Source: an uncultured Chthonomonadaceae bacterium
Lineage (GTDB): Bacteria > Armatimonadota > Chthonomonadetes > Chthonomonadales > Chthonomonadaceae
DNA: 64,000 bases
Direction of reading: 5' to 3'
Assembly: GCA_963835065.1 (NCBI GenBank)
Contig: CAWIEK010000001.1
Span: 32,001-96,000, forward strand
Under the pieces are notes generated by a model. That model was not told the origin of the DNA, did no database searches, and worked only from the letters and a program-made list of their open reading frames with translations. Shown here one piece after another: positions 50,248-58,782 of the stretch (within the stretch, counting starts at the first letter, position 1; each line of letters begins with the position of its first letter). Position numbers and translations under genes: made by a program.

Positions 50248-52013
50248 TTCGCCGTACATTCAGCACATTACCGACCTTCAAGGCTATGGAATTCCATTCC
50301 GGGCTGAATATTGTGCTGTCTGAAAAAAGCAAGGAAGCCACGCTTCGCCACACACGCAACCGCGCCGGCAAAACTAGCCTGATTGAATTGTTTCATTTTC
50401 TGCTTGGCGCGAATTGCTCCACAGACTGTTTGTTCCGCCACGATGCGTTGCGCGGCGAACGTTTCGGAATGGAGTTCGACCTGGACGGCAAAAATATTGT
50501 CGTTGAGCGTTCAGGAACGTCTCCTACCAACGTTCTGCTGCCTGTCGCGGATACCCTTCTATGGCCCAAAAAACCTGCCAAAGACAAGTCCACTGGCGAG
50601 TGGTATCTGTCCAACACTCACTGGAAAACAGTTCTGGCGCAGATGATATTCGGCTTGCGCGGCGATGATGATGAACTGAACACGAAATTCACTCCCACAT
50701 TTCGCTCATTGCTCGCCTACTTTATCCGGCGACAGTCGGCGAATGGCTTTATCGAGCCTGTACGCCAATCCGAGGAACAGCAAACCTGGGATCAGCAGGT
50801 CGCCATTACCTATCTCATAGGGCTGGACTGGACAATTCCGCAGGCATGGCAGCAGGTGCGTCAGCGTGAAAGGGCGCTGGACAACCTGCGCGCCGCCGCC
50901 AAACAAGGGCTATTAGGTGACAGTATTGGAACAGCGGCCGCGCTTCGCACCCAGTTGACCAGCGCGGAAGAAGCTGTTCGCCGTATGCGCGAAAATGTTC
51001 AGCAGTTTCGTGTTCTGCATGAATACCATAGTTTTGAGGTTGAAGCATCGGAAATTACGGGGCAGCTAAACGCCATTGCGGACGCAAACACTTCAGATCG
51101 CCAGCTTCTTAAAGAACTACTGGACGCGCTTGATAACGAAAAAGCCTCTCTTCCTGTCTTGGATGATTTGGCGCGATTATATTCAGAAGCGGGATTGGTT
51201 TTGCCTGATGCAGTCAAACAACGCTATGAAGATGTTCAAAAATTTCATAAATCTGTAATACAAAATCGCCGGACAAGCCTGCAAAATGAGATTTCTGAAA
51301 TTCGATTGAGACTGGTGCGGCGCGATGAGGAGAAGCGAAATCTTGATTTGCGTAAAGCCCAACTGATGAGCATATTACAGGCGCATGGCGCATTGGAAAA
51401 CTATACGGCGCTGCAATCGGAGCTGTCGCGCCTGGAAGCCCGCGCCGACTTCTTACGCGAACGCTATAAATCTGCGGAGGCATGGGAGAGCCAGTCTAAA
51501 TTGCTGGAGGCGGAGCGGTCCAGTCTTGCTATCCGCCTGCTGCAAAACTTTCGTGAAGAAGAAGAAACCTTGCGCCGCGCTATCCTTGCTTTTGAGGACA
51601 TTTCTAATCTGCTATATGGCAAGCAATGCGGCAGCCTGACGATTAGCGAAACCGCCGACGGCCCGGAGTTCAAAACAGAAATACAGGGCGCCACAAGTCG
51701 AGGCATCAATAACATGCAGATATTCTGCTTCGATATGATGTTGATGCAGTTGAGCATAGAACAAAAAAGAGGCCCGGGATTTCTCATTCACGACAGCCAT
51801 TTGTTTGACGGCGTAGATAATCGTCAGATTGGCAATGCCCTGAAAGTAGGAGCGGAATTGGCGGATAAGTTCGGTTTCCAATATATTGTTACAATGAACT
51901 CGGACGATATGCCAACAGAGTGTCCTGACGGCTTCTGCGTAGATAATTATATTTTGCCGATAACACTAACAGATGCTACCGAAAATGGCGGATTGTTCGG
52001 TAAGCGATTTTAA
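50244..52013 (+). CDS. lmuB: SMC-like ABC ATPase, DUF2326 (LmuB)
   Basis: F..GLNIV, RNRAGKTS Walker A, long coiled coil, SRG, IFCFD, FLIHDSHLFDGVD, QYIVT, LFGKRF. Confidence 0.85.
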   Translation: MIRRTFSTLPTFKAMEFHSGLNIVLSEKSKEATLRHTRNRAGKTSLIELFHFLLGANCSTDCLFRHDALRGERFGMEFDLDGKNIVVERSGTSPTNVLLPVADTLLWPKKPAKDKSTGEWYLSNTHWKTVLAQMIFGLRGDDDELNTKFTPTFRSLLAYFIRRQSANGFIEPVRQSEEQQTWDQQVAITYLIGLDWTIPQAWQQVRQRERALDNLRAAAKQGLLGDSIGTAAALRTQLTSAEEAVRRMRENVQQFRVLHEYHSFEVEASEITGQLNAIADANTSDRQLLKELLDALDNEKASLPVLDDLARLYSEAGLVLPDAVKQRYEDVQKFHKSVIQNRRTSLQNEISEIRLRLVRRDEEKRNLDLRKAQLMSILQAHGALENYTALQSELSRLEARADFLRERYKSAEAWESQSKLLEAERSSLAIRLLQNFREEEETLRRAILAFEDISNLLYGKQCGSLTISETADGPEFKTEIQGATSRGINNMQIFCFDMMLMQLSIEQKRGPGFLIHDSHLFDGVDNRQIGNALKVGAELADKFGFQYIVTMNSDDMPTECPDGFCVDNYILPITLTDATENGGLFGKRF

Positions 52014-52041
52014 TGTTGTCGCTATTGGGAATTTTGCCCGA

Positions 52042-52583
52042 TTTCAGTTTGGCGTTGTCATTGCCAAGCGCGGCCAGGGCATCGTCGAGCAGGAAGCGGA
52101 CGCCGCGCATCTTCTTATTCCAGGGCAGCAGTTCGCCATTGGCAAGTTTGGCGTTGTCGCGCAGGTTGTTCCAACGCGCTTCCTGCGGAACCCAAAAAAC
52201 GTTTACTTCGCGGTAATAATCGCGGTTTTCCAGTTCCGCTTCAATGTCATCTTCCAACGTCAGGCCGTAGTCCGCCGCGTCCATGTAATACTCATCGCCG
52301 GGATCGCGGAACTTGCGCGCCAGCTCCTGCCGCCGATCCTCGAAAGCGTCACTGGTGTATTTCAGGAAGATCAGCCCCAGCACGACATGCTTGTAGACCG
52401 CCGCATCCAGGGAGGAGCGCAGGCGATCCGCCGCGTTCCACATCTTCTTGTCAAGATCGTTGAGGAACTGCTGTTCCGTAGTGTTCATACTGTCCTCTGG
52501 CTATGGGGTTCCCATAAACAATTACTTGCTGCGTCCGCAGGCAACCGGAACCATAATTCGCCATCGAACCGGAAAAACCTGCT
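52042..52583 (-). pseudogene. hsdM: Truncated duplicate of hsdM 5' end plus upstream region (direct repeat copy 2)
   Basis: ATG 52488; ~149 codons nearly identical to hsdM (T>A, L>Q, I>L plus silent changes); homology ends at 52042. Confidence 0.92.
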
Positions 52584-52679
52584 TAAATTTCATTAGATAA
52601 GGCAACTCTCTCGCTAAATACGCAGGATTTTGCTTGCTGTGAGTTGAATGAGTGTATCAACAAATAAGGCAGGTCAGAG

Positions 52680-52838
52680 ATGGCAGATAGTTTCGGACAG
52701 GAAACAGAACCGCGCTGGAAACAAATTATTGGCGTGTTCAAGAACGATCCGCTTTTCGATGAAGCGGAACGCTTAGGGCGCGAAGGGCGCGAAGCACAGC
52801 GTATGGAGTATGACGACGATGCCGATACACCTGCCTGA
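52680..52838 (+). CDS. Small acidic protein, antitoxin-like
   Basis: MADSFGQETEPRWKQIIGVFKNDPLFDEAERLGREGRE..; 52 aa, not in the ORF track. Confidence 0.45.
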   Translation: MADSFGQETEPRWKQIIGVFKNDPLFDEAERLGREGREAQRMEYDDDADTPA

Positions 52839-52921
52839 AGGTGGAAGACTGGTCGGTTTGAGGATTCGCGGCCTGCCTGATAATGGAAGCGCGATTGACA
52901 AATTTTTGGAGGGTATCGCGC

Positions 52922-53911
52922 ATGGCACGGCCTAAAATTGGCGTTTTGATTCACGCTCCCCTGCGAGAGCAATTGTTTCGCGCGGAAGATTGGCGGCATC
53001 TGGAAACATTGGGCGAGGTCGTGGCTACGGACACGACAGCGCCGATTTCCGTGGATGCCGCCTGCGATTTGCTTGCGGACTGTGAGGTTGGTATCGGCTC
53101 GTGGCAGACGCCCTGGCCGAACGCCCTGCTGCTGGACGCCTGCCCAAAACTGAGGCTGTGGGAACACGCGGCGGGAACCGTGAAACATTTCTTCGGGCCG
53201 CATCTCGATGGCCGCAATCTCACCATCGCCTCCTGCAAAACCGCCATTGCCGACTGCGTGGCCGAAATGACGCTGGCGGAAATCATTCTCGGATTGCGGG
53301 GCGTGTTCCCCAATGCGGCTGCCAACCGCAAGGCCATTGCGGCCAAACCCGCCCGTATGCGCGTACTGTTCGGCTCCACGATTGGCGTCATCGGCGCGTC
53401 GGAAGTGGGCCGGCGCGTAATTCGACGGCTTGCGCCTTTTGAGCCGACCATTCTGCTGTATGACCCGTTTGTTTCCGACGCGCAGGCGCGGGAATTGGGC
53501 GTAACGCTTGTGGAAGATTTATTTGACCTGTGCCGCGCCTGCGATGTAGTCACGCTGCACACGCCCGACATACCCGCCTGCCGCCCCGCCCTGTCCGCGC
53601 CCCACTTCGCCGCCATGCAGGACGACGCGATTTTCATCAACACGTCGCGGGGCGCCTGCATTGACGAGCCGGCTCTAATCGCGGAATTAGAGCGGGGGCG
53701 CTTGTTCGCGTTTCTGGACGTGTCCGCGCCCGAACCCGCGCCCGCAGACAGCCCCTTGCGTTCGCTGCCCAACGTGGTCTATACTTCTCATATCGCCGGT
53801 CCGCCCGCCACGCTTATCGGACGCCAGGCTGTCCGTGATGTGGAAGCGTTCCTATCCGGCGGCTCGCCCCTGTGCGTCGTCACGGCAGACACGCTGGCGC
53901 ATACCGCATGA
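52922..53911 (+). CDS. D-isomer-specific 2-hydroxyacid dehydrogenase
   Basis: HAAGTVK, VAEMTL, GVIGASEVG, YDP, LHTP, INTSRG, LDV..PEP, SHIAG. Confidence 0.9.
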   Translation: MARPKIGVLIHAPLREQLFRAEDWRHLETLGEVVATDTTAPISVDAACDLLADCEVGIGSWQTPWPNALLLDACPKLRLWEHAAGTVKHFFGPHLDGRNLTIASCKTAIADCVAEMTLAEIILGLRGVFPNAAANRKAIAAKPARMRVLFGSTIGVIGASEVGRRVIRRLAPFEPTILLYDPFVSDAQARELGVTLVEDLFDLCRACDVVTLHTPDIPACRPALSAPHFAAMQDDAIFINTSRGACIDEPALIAELERGRLFAFLDVSAPEPAPADSPLRSLPNVVYTSHIAGPPATLIGRQAVRDVEAFLSGGSPLCVVTADTLAHTA

Positions 53912-54039
53912 AGGAATCGGAGCAGAAAAGAAGAACTTAACAGACAAGTATCATCAGATAAATTCAACGACATATTCTGTACACTGCAAACGGACGAATT
54001 CTGCGCTGTGCAAGCAGGCGAGAACGAGGAGTAGGAGTT

Positions 54040-55056
54040 ATGCGCGTACTGGTGTTGGGCGGGACGAAGTTTATTGGGCCGTTTGTAGTGCGCAGCCTGC
54101 ACGGGATGGGGTGCGAGATTGCCGTGTTTCATCGGGGGCAGAGCCAGGCGGATTTGCCGGGGGGTATACAGTATATACTGGGCGACCGTAACGCGCTGGA
54201 AGACTTTGCGCCCGCGTTCCATGCCTTTGCGCCCGAAGTGGTTTTGGACATGCGGCCACTCGGCGAAGCGGACTCGCAGCGCGCGATGAACGTGTTTACG
54301 GGCAAAGCGCGCCGCGTGGTGATGGTCAGCAGCGTGGACGTGTACCGCAATTACGACGTGCTGCGCGGCAAAGAACCCGATCCTGCCGACCCAGCTCCGC
54401 TTACCGAAGACTCGCCCCTGCGCCCGCAGCTCTACCCGTACCGCGAACCTGGCATTGCCGACCCCAACGACTTCCGCAATGTGTACGACAAAATTCTGGC
54501 CGAGCGCGTTTATTTGAGCGATACCGGTCTGCCGGGAACGGTCTTGAGATTGCCGTTTGTTTATGGCCCGGGCGACTATCAGCACCGCTTGTGGACATAT
54601 TTGAAGCGCATGGACGACGGACGTCCCGCCATTATTCTGGCGGACGAGTGCGCCCAATGGCGTTCCGGGCGCTGCTATGTGGAAAATGTCGGTCACGCGG
54701 TTGCCCTTGCGGTTGTCAATGACCGAGCCGCCAACCGCGTTTACAACGTGGCGGAACCGGAAGGCTGGACGGAACAGGAATGGATTACCCTTATCGGGCG
54801 CGCGGCGAAGTGGAACGGGCAAATCGTTACGCGCCCCAATGCCGGCTTGCCTCCCTCCCTGCAATGTGAAGGCAATATGGCCGCGCCTCTGACCACTTCC
54901 AGCCAACGCCTGCGCGACGAATTGGGCTATCAAGAGGTCGTGGCGCAGGACGAAGCGCTTGCCCGGACTGTCGTTTGGGAGCGCGCCAACCCGCCCGGCC
55001 AATCGCCACCCGATGCTTTCGATTATGAGGCGGAAGACGGAGTGCTTTCAGGCTAA
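54040..55056 (+). CDS. NAD-dependent epimerase/dehydratase family protein
   Basis: VLGGTKFIG, SSVDVY, YDKIL, LRLPFVYGPGD. Confidence 0.9.
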   Translation: MRVLVLGGTKFIGPFVVRSLHGMGCEIAVFHRGQSQADLPGGIQYILGDRNALEDFAPAFHAFAPEVVLDMRPLGEADSQRAMNVFTGKARRVVMVSSVDVYRNYDVLRGKEPDPADPAPLTEDSPLRPQLYPYREPGIADPNDFRNVYDKILAERVYLSDTGLPGTVLRLPFVYGPGDYQHRLWTYLKRMDDGRPAIILADECAQWRSGRCYVENVGHAVALAVVNDRAANRVYNVAEPEGWTEQEWITLIGRAAKWNGQIVTRPNAGLPPSLQCEGNMAAPLTTSSQRLRDELGYQEVVAQDEALARTVVWERANPPGQSPPDAFDYEAEDGVLSG

Positions 55057-55698
55057 TGTCGGTTCGCCTGTCTCGGTATACAGAAAAATAGGAGGAAAGT
55101 TCCTGAAAACCCTCTTTACTTTGGATTCAAGAAAATGGTATTCTTACAGAAGCATGTGAAAAGTCCCTCTAGTTTGGTTTTCACGCTGCCGATACTTCAT
55201 TTGGGATCAGGAAGTACCCCTCGCCTCGCAGCGCGTTGATTTCCCCCTTGCTGTCCAGTGGCCTTGCTGACGTGGCATTTCTGCCGCGCAGCGCGCGCTG
55301 TCGGCCAGGTTTGCTCACATCGTTTTTCCTGCGCGGTCACACAAACCGGCATACTCTGTTGCGCCTGCCTCCCCGATGGCACAATGCCCTGCGCGGTGTT
55401 GTTGGCTGTTGGATTGTCGCGCTGCAGCCGTGTCCTGTGTCGTTTGGTTTGTGTGAGCCGGTTTGTATTCGCGGGTTGTTATTTCGTTTCGACGCTTGTC
55501 CTGCCGCGCGTCTTCGTTTGTATTCGTTGCAGCCAGCCATGTCAGCGCTTTTCCTGTTTCTTCCGCTTGCGAACCCACTTTTGCGGTCGCGGCGGTTCCT
55601 CGCGCTGCCTGGTGTTGTCCGTATGCCAACTCTTCTCTTCTTCCCGGCATTCACTGCAATTCCTTAGGGCCTGTAAATCTATAACTTCCCGCTGTATT

Positions 55699-55723
55699 GG
55701 GCGCGGCAAGCAGCGCCCCTGAC
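55699..55723 (-). repeat. GTAG-type REP palindrome (variant)
   Basis: gggcgcggcaagcagcgcccctgac, matches the 4265-4287 copy. Confidence 0.65.
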
Positions 55724-56009
55724 GGTCTTCTGGAACTTGTTCTTTTACGAACCCTTAGCGCATCGCTGAAAACACGGTTTCCGTTCGCAGCCTTGCGCTG
55801 CTTGTCCAAAACCGGCGAGATTACCTTCTCAACCCTTACCCGAAATCGGGAAAATTACAATCGGAAACCCTTGCGCGGATGGCGCAAAGGGTTAAGTGAC
55901 AGTGGGAAACCTGCGGCGTGTCCACGCCTGCTTTCCAGCGTGGACACGCCGCGAATGCTTTGTAGCTCCGTGACGGGCTTCTACTAACTGTAATTACGGA
56001 GACAATTTG

Positions 56010-57587
56010 ATGCGAATACGACATACTTTACTTGCGGCCCTGTGCCTGCTGTTGTGGACAAGCAGCGCGCTGGCGCAAAACAATACGATTTCCTGGGATG
56101 GCAAGAATATGTACTTGCTCGGAACCAACATGCCCTGGAAAAACTACGGCACGGATTTTGGAACGGGGGGTTGGGGCAAGTTTACCGACTGGAACGACAT
56201 CGGCGGTAACTTCCAAACCATGCAGGCGCAGAAGGTCAACACGGCGCGCTGGTTTATGTTTGCCGATGGCCGCTATTCCCCGGAATTTAACGCGCAGGGA
56301 AAGGTGACGGGACTGGACAGCCAGTTCTTTACGGATGTGGATTATGCGATGTGGCTTGGCACTACCCAGCATGTGTACTTGATGCCCTGCCTGCTGGATT
56401 TTATCGCGTTCGGCGGTATCCAGTCGGCAGGCGGCGTGACGGGCGGCGGACACAGCGCCATCATCACCGACCCCGTTGTGCAGCAGAGCTATCTGGACAA
56501 CGCGCTCAAGCCCCTGCTGCAGCATGTGGCGGCCAGTCCTTATCGCGCTTCGATTCTGGCGTATGATATTTGTAACGAGCCGGAATGGATGATTAAGGAA
56601 ATCGGGTACGGCGGAAGCCTGCCGATGGCGCAGGTGCAGACGTTCGTCAAGCGGTGCGCGGATTACATCCATCAGTACGGCGGCGGCGCCTATGCCACGC
56701 TGGGAAGCGGCACGCCCTGGTGGACATCGAACTGGAAAGGGCTGGGATTGGACTTCTACCAGGCCCACTACTATCCTAATTACGACTGGCATGACGGCGG
56801 CTATGCGGGCGCGGCGCTTGTGCCTTGCAGCAGCCTGGGGTTGGACAAGCCCTGCATCATCGGCGAGTTTACCACCGCCAACCCCAACTATGCGATTGGT
56901 AATACGACGCCTTTAAGCGCGCAATGGCACCTGGATACCATTTACAAGAACGGCTATGCCGGGGCGCTGGGATGGAGCTTCGTGAGCGTGGACAGCGAAA
57001 GCGATTGGCGCAGTTTTGCGCCGGTACTCACGGCCTGGGCCAACGCGCATAATACGATAGCCCCCGCTGCCACGCCCACTACGGCGGCTTTTGTCAAATC
57101 CGACGCGGGTACATTGGGGTCGTGGAAGGGTAAGTACGGGACGGCGGGCAATGGTATCGTCGCCATGACGCCAAGTTTGCCGGCTTACGCGACGGTTGCT
57201 TCGAGTGGATACTCAACCTGGGTATGGGAGGCGTCCACCACAAATTACGTTGCCTTGCAAAAGCCGGCTTCTACGACGGATCGCATGGCCGCGTGTATGT
57301 ACTCCGCTACCAACTTCCTGGTAGACGTGTATCTGTCGGACGGAAAAACGCATCAGGTAAGCCTGTATTGCACGGATTATGACGCTTATAACCACTGGCA
57401 TCGAGCGCAAACCATAGACGTACTGGACGCCAGCACCAACGCGGTTCTGGATAGCCGCGCCATGAGCAACTACCAGAACGGCGTGTACATGGTGTGGAAC
57501 ATCAAGGGACACGTCAAGTTCCGCCTGACCAATACGGTTGCCGGACAAGGCCCCAACGCGGTTCTCAGCGGTATGTTCTTCGATTAG
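56010..57587 (+). CDS. Secreted clan GH-A (GH5-like) glycoside hydrolase with C-terminal beta-sandwich
   Basis: Signal peptide ALA-QN; G.NMPW, CNEPE acid/base, FYQAHYY, IIGEF nucleophile, ALGW. Confidence 0.85.
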   Translation: MRIRHTLLAALCLLLWTSSALAQNNTISWDGKNMYLLGTNMPWKNYGTDFGTGGWGKFTDWNDIGGNFQTMQAQKVNTARWFMFADGRYSPEFNAQGKVTGLDSQFFTDVDYAMWLGTTQHVYLMPCLLDFIAFGGIQSAGGVTGGGHSAIITDPVVQQSYLDNALKPLLQHVAASPYRASILAYDICNEPEWMIKEIGYGGSLPMAQVQTFVKRCADYIHQYGGGAYATLGSGTPWWTSNWKGLGLDFYQAHYYPNYDWHDGGYAGAALVPCSSLGLDKPCIIGEFTTANPNYAIGNTTPLSAQWHLDTIYKNGYAGALGWSFVSVDSESDWRSFAPVLTAWANAHNTIAPAATPTTAAFVKSDAGTLGSWKGKYGTAGNGIVAMTPSLPAYATVASSGYSTWVWEASTTNYVALQKPASTTDRMAACMYSATNFLVDVYLSDGKTHQVSLYCTDYDAYNHWHRAQTIDVLDASTNAVLDSRAMSNYQNGVYMVWNIKGHVKFRLTNTVAGQGPNAVLSGMFFD

Positions 57588-57620
57588 TCCCCCGCAGCCT
57601 TGCGGCCTGCACTGCCATTT

Positions 57621-57670
57621 GAACACGCCTCTCCTTTTCTCCTGTTTTGGAGGAAAGGGGAGGCGTGTTC
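57621..57670. terminator. Stem-loop after the GH5-like gene
   Basis: gaacacgcctctcctttt..ggaggaaaggggaggcgtgttc long stem followed by cgtttt. Confidence 0.65.
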
Positions 57671-57748
57671 CGTTTTAAATCTTTTTGCCGAACGCCTAAC
57701 AAAGTTCTATCCTGTACCCGTCTGAGTTATTGGAAGGGGCAGGGGCGG

Positions 57749-58351
57749 ATGAGCGGCGAAATTGAAATCACATATCCGGCAGCGCCGCGCAGCGTGGAAG
57801 ACGAGGCCGATGAGAGTCGGCTGCTGGCGCGGGCGCGCGTGGGCGACCAGGCCGCTATCGGGTGTCTGATTGCCCGCTATCGGCAACGGACGGTACGCCT
57901 GGCGGCGCGTATTCTGCGCCGCCCGGATGAGGCGGAAGATGTGGCGCAGGAAGCGTTTGTGCGCGCGTTCCGTAATCTGCATGCCTTTCGGAGCGAAGGC
58001 CGTTTCTACACGTGGCTTTATCAGATTGTTGTTCGCCTTTGTCTGGATCGGCAGCGCATCCGCAGATGGAATTTGGAAGAACCGCTTGATATGGACGCGC
58101 TGCGCATGGAAGCGGCGCATTTGCCCTCAGAAGCCGTAGAAAACCATGTTTTGGTCGAAATGCTGCTGGACCGGCTCAGTCCGCCCATGCGCGCCATGCT
58201 GGTGCTGCGCGAACTCGAAGGGCTGGAGTACGAAGAAATCGCGGCCATGCTGGATATTCCCGTCGGGCGCGTCAAATGGCGGCTGCACGAAGCGCGTTCT
58301 CAGTTCCGCGTTTTGTGGGAGTCGGTTATGGAGGAGGTAAGCCATGTTTGA
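57749..58351 (+). CDS. ECF sigma factor
   Basis: AEDVAQEAF, FYTWLYQI, LRELEGLEYEEIA..L.IPVG.VK.RL..AR. Confidence 0.92.
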   Translation: MSGEIEITYPAAPRSVEDEADESRLLARARVGDQAAIGCLIARYRQRTVRLAARILRRPDEAEDVAQEAFVRAFRNLHAFRSEGRFYTWLYQIVVRLCLDRQRIRRWNLEEPLDMDALRMEAAHLPSEAVENHVLVEMLLDRLSPPMRAMLVLRELEGLEYEEIAAMLDIPVGRVKWRLHEARSQFRVLWESVMEEVSHV

Positions 58352-58760
58352 CCCTGCGGAAAATTCCCGTTCCGACCAAGCCCTGCGCGTCGGATTGCGG
58401 GAACTGCCGACACCCCACGTGTCGGCGGATTTCGATGCCCGCATACAAGCGGCTTTGCAGCCCCGGCCCGCATGGTGGCAACTCTGGTGGACGCACGCGC
58501 GGCCCGCGTTTCCCATTGCGGTTGGGACATGCGCCGCGATGCTCCTGCTCCTGCATGGGATACAGAACACGTCGCCCAGCCTGCCAACCGCTGCTTCGAT
58601 TGCAAGCGCCCGTTCCGAGGTGAGACAGCAGGCCAATTCCCTGTCCGCTGAATGGCAGGTGAAACAACCGGAAGAAGCGGTTGAAAACATAGACTTGACG
58701 GACGCTTCGCTGCTTTTTTTCAGCCGTCCCTTGCATCGGCGCACAAGCAAAAGCGGCTGA
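58344..58760 (+). CDS. Putative membrane anti-sigma factor
   Basis: Overlaps sigma stop, GGAGG RBS; LRELP.P..S.DFDARI then a TM helix. Confidence 0.65.
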   Translation: MFDPAENSRSDQALRVGLRELPTPHVSADFDARIQAALQPRPAWWQLWWTHARPAFPIAVGTCAAMLLLLHGIQNTSPSLPTAASIASARSEVRQQANSLSAEWQVKQPEEAVENIDLTDASLLFFSRPLHRRTSKSG

Positions 58761-58782
58761 AATTCAGCCTTGAACCCTCACT

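Noticed and set aside
55861..55990. c-di-GMP riboswitch
   Set aside because: Superficial GGAAAC/GCGCAAAG similarity, but the GNRA-receptor two-stem layout could not be built.
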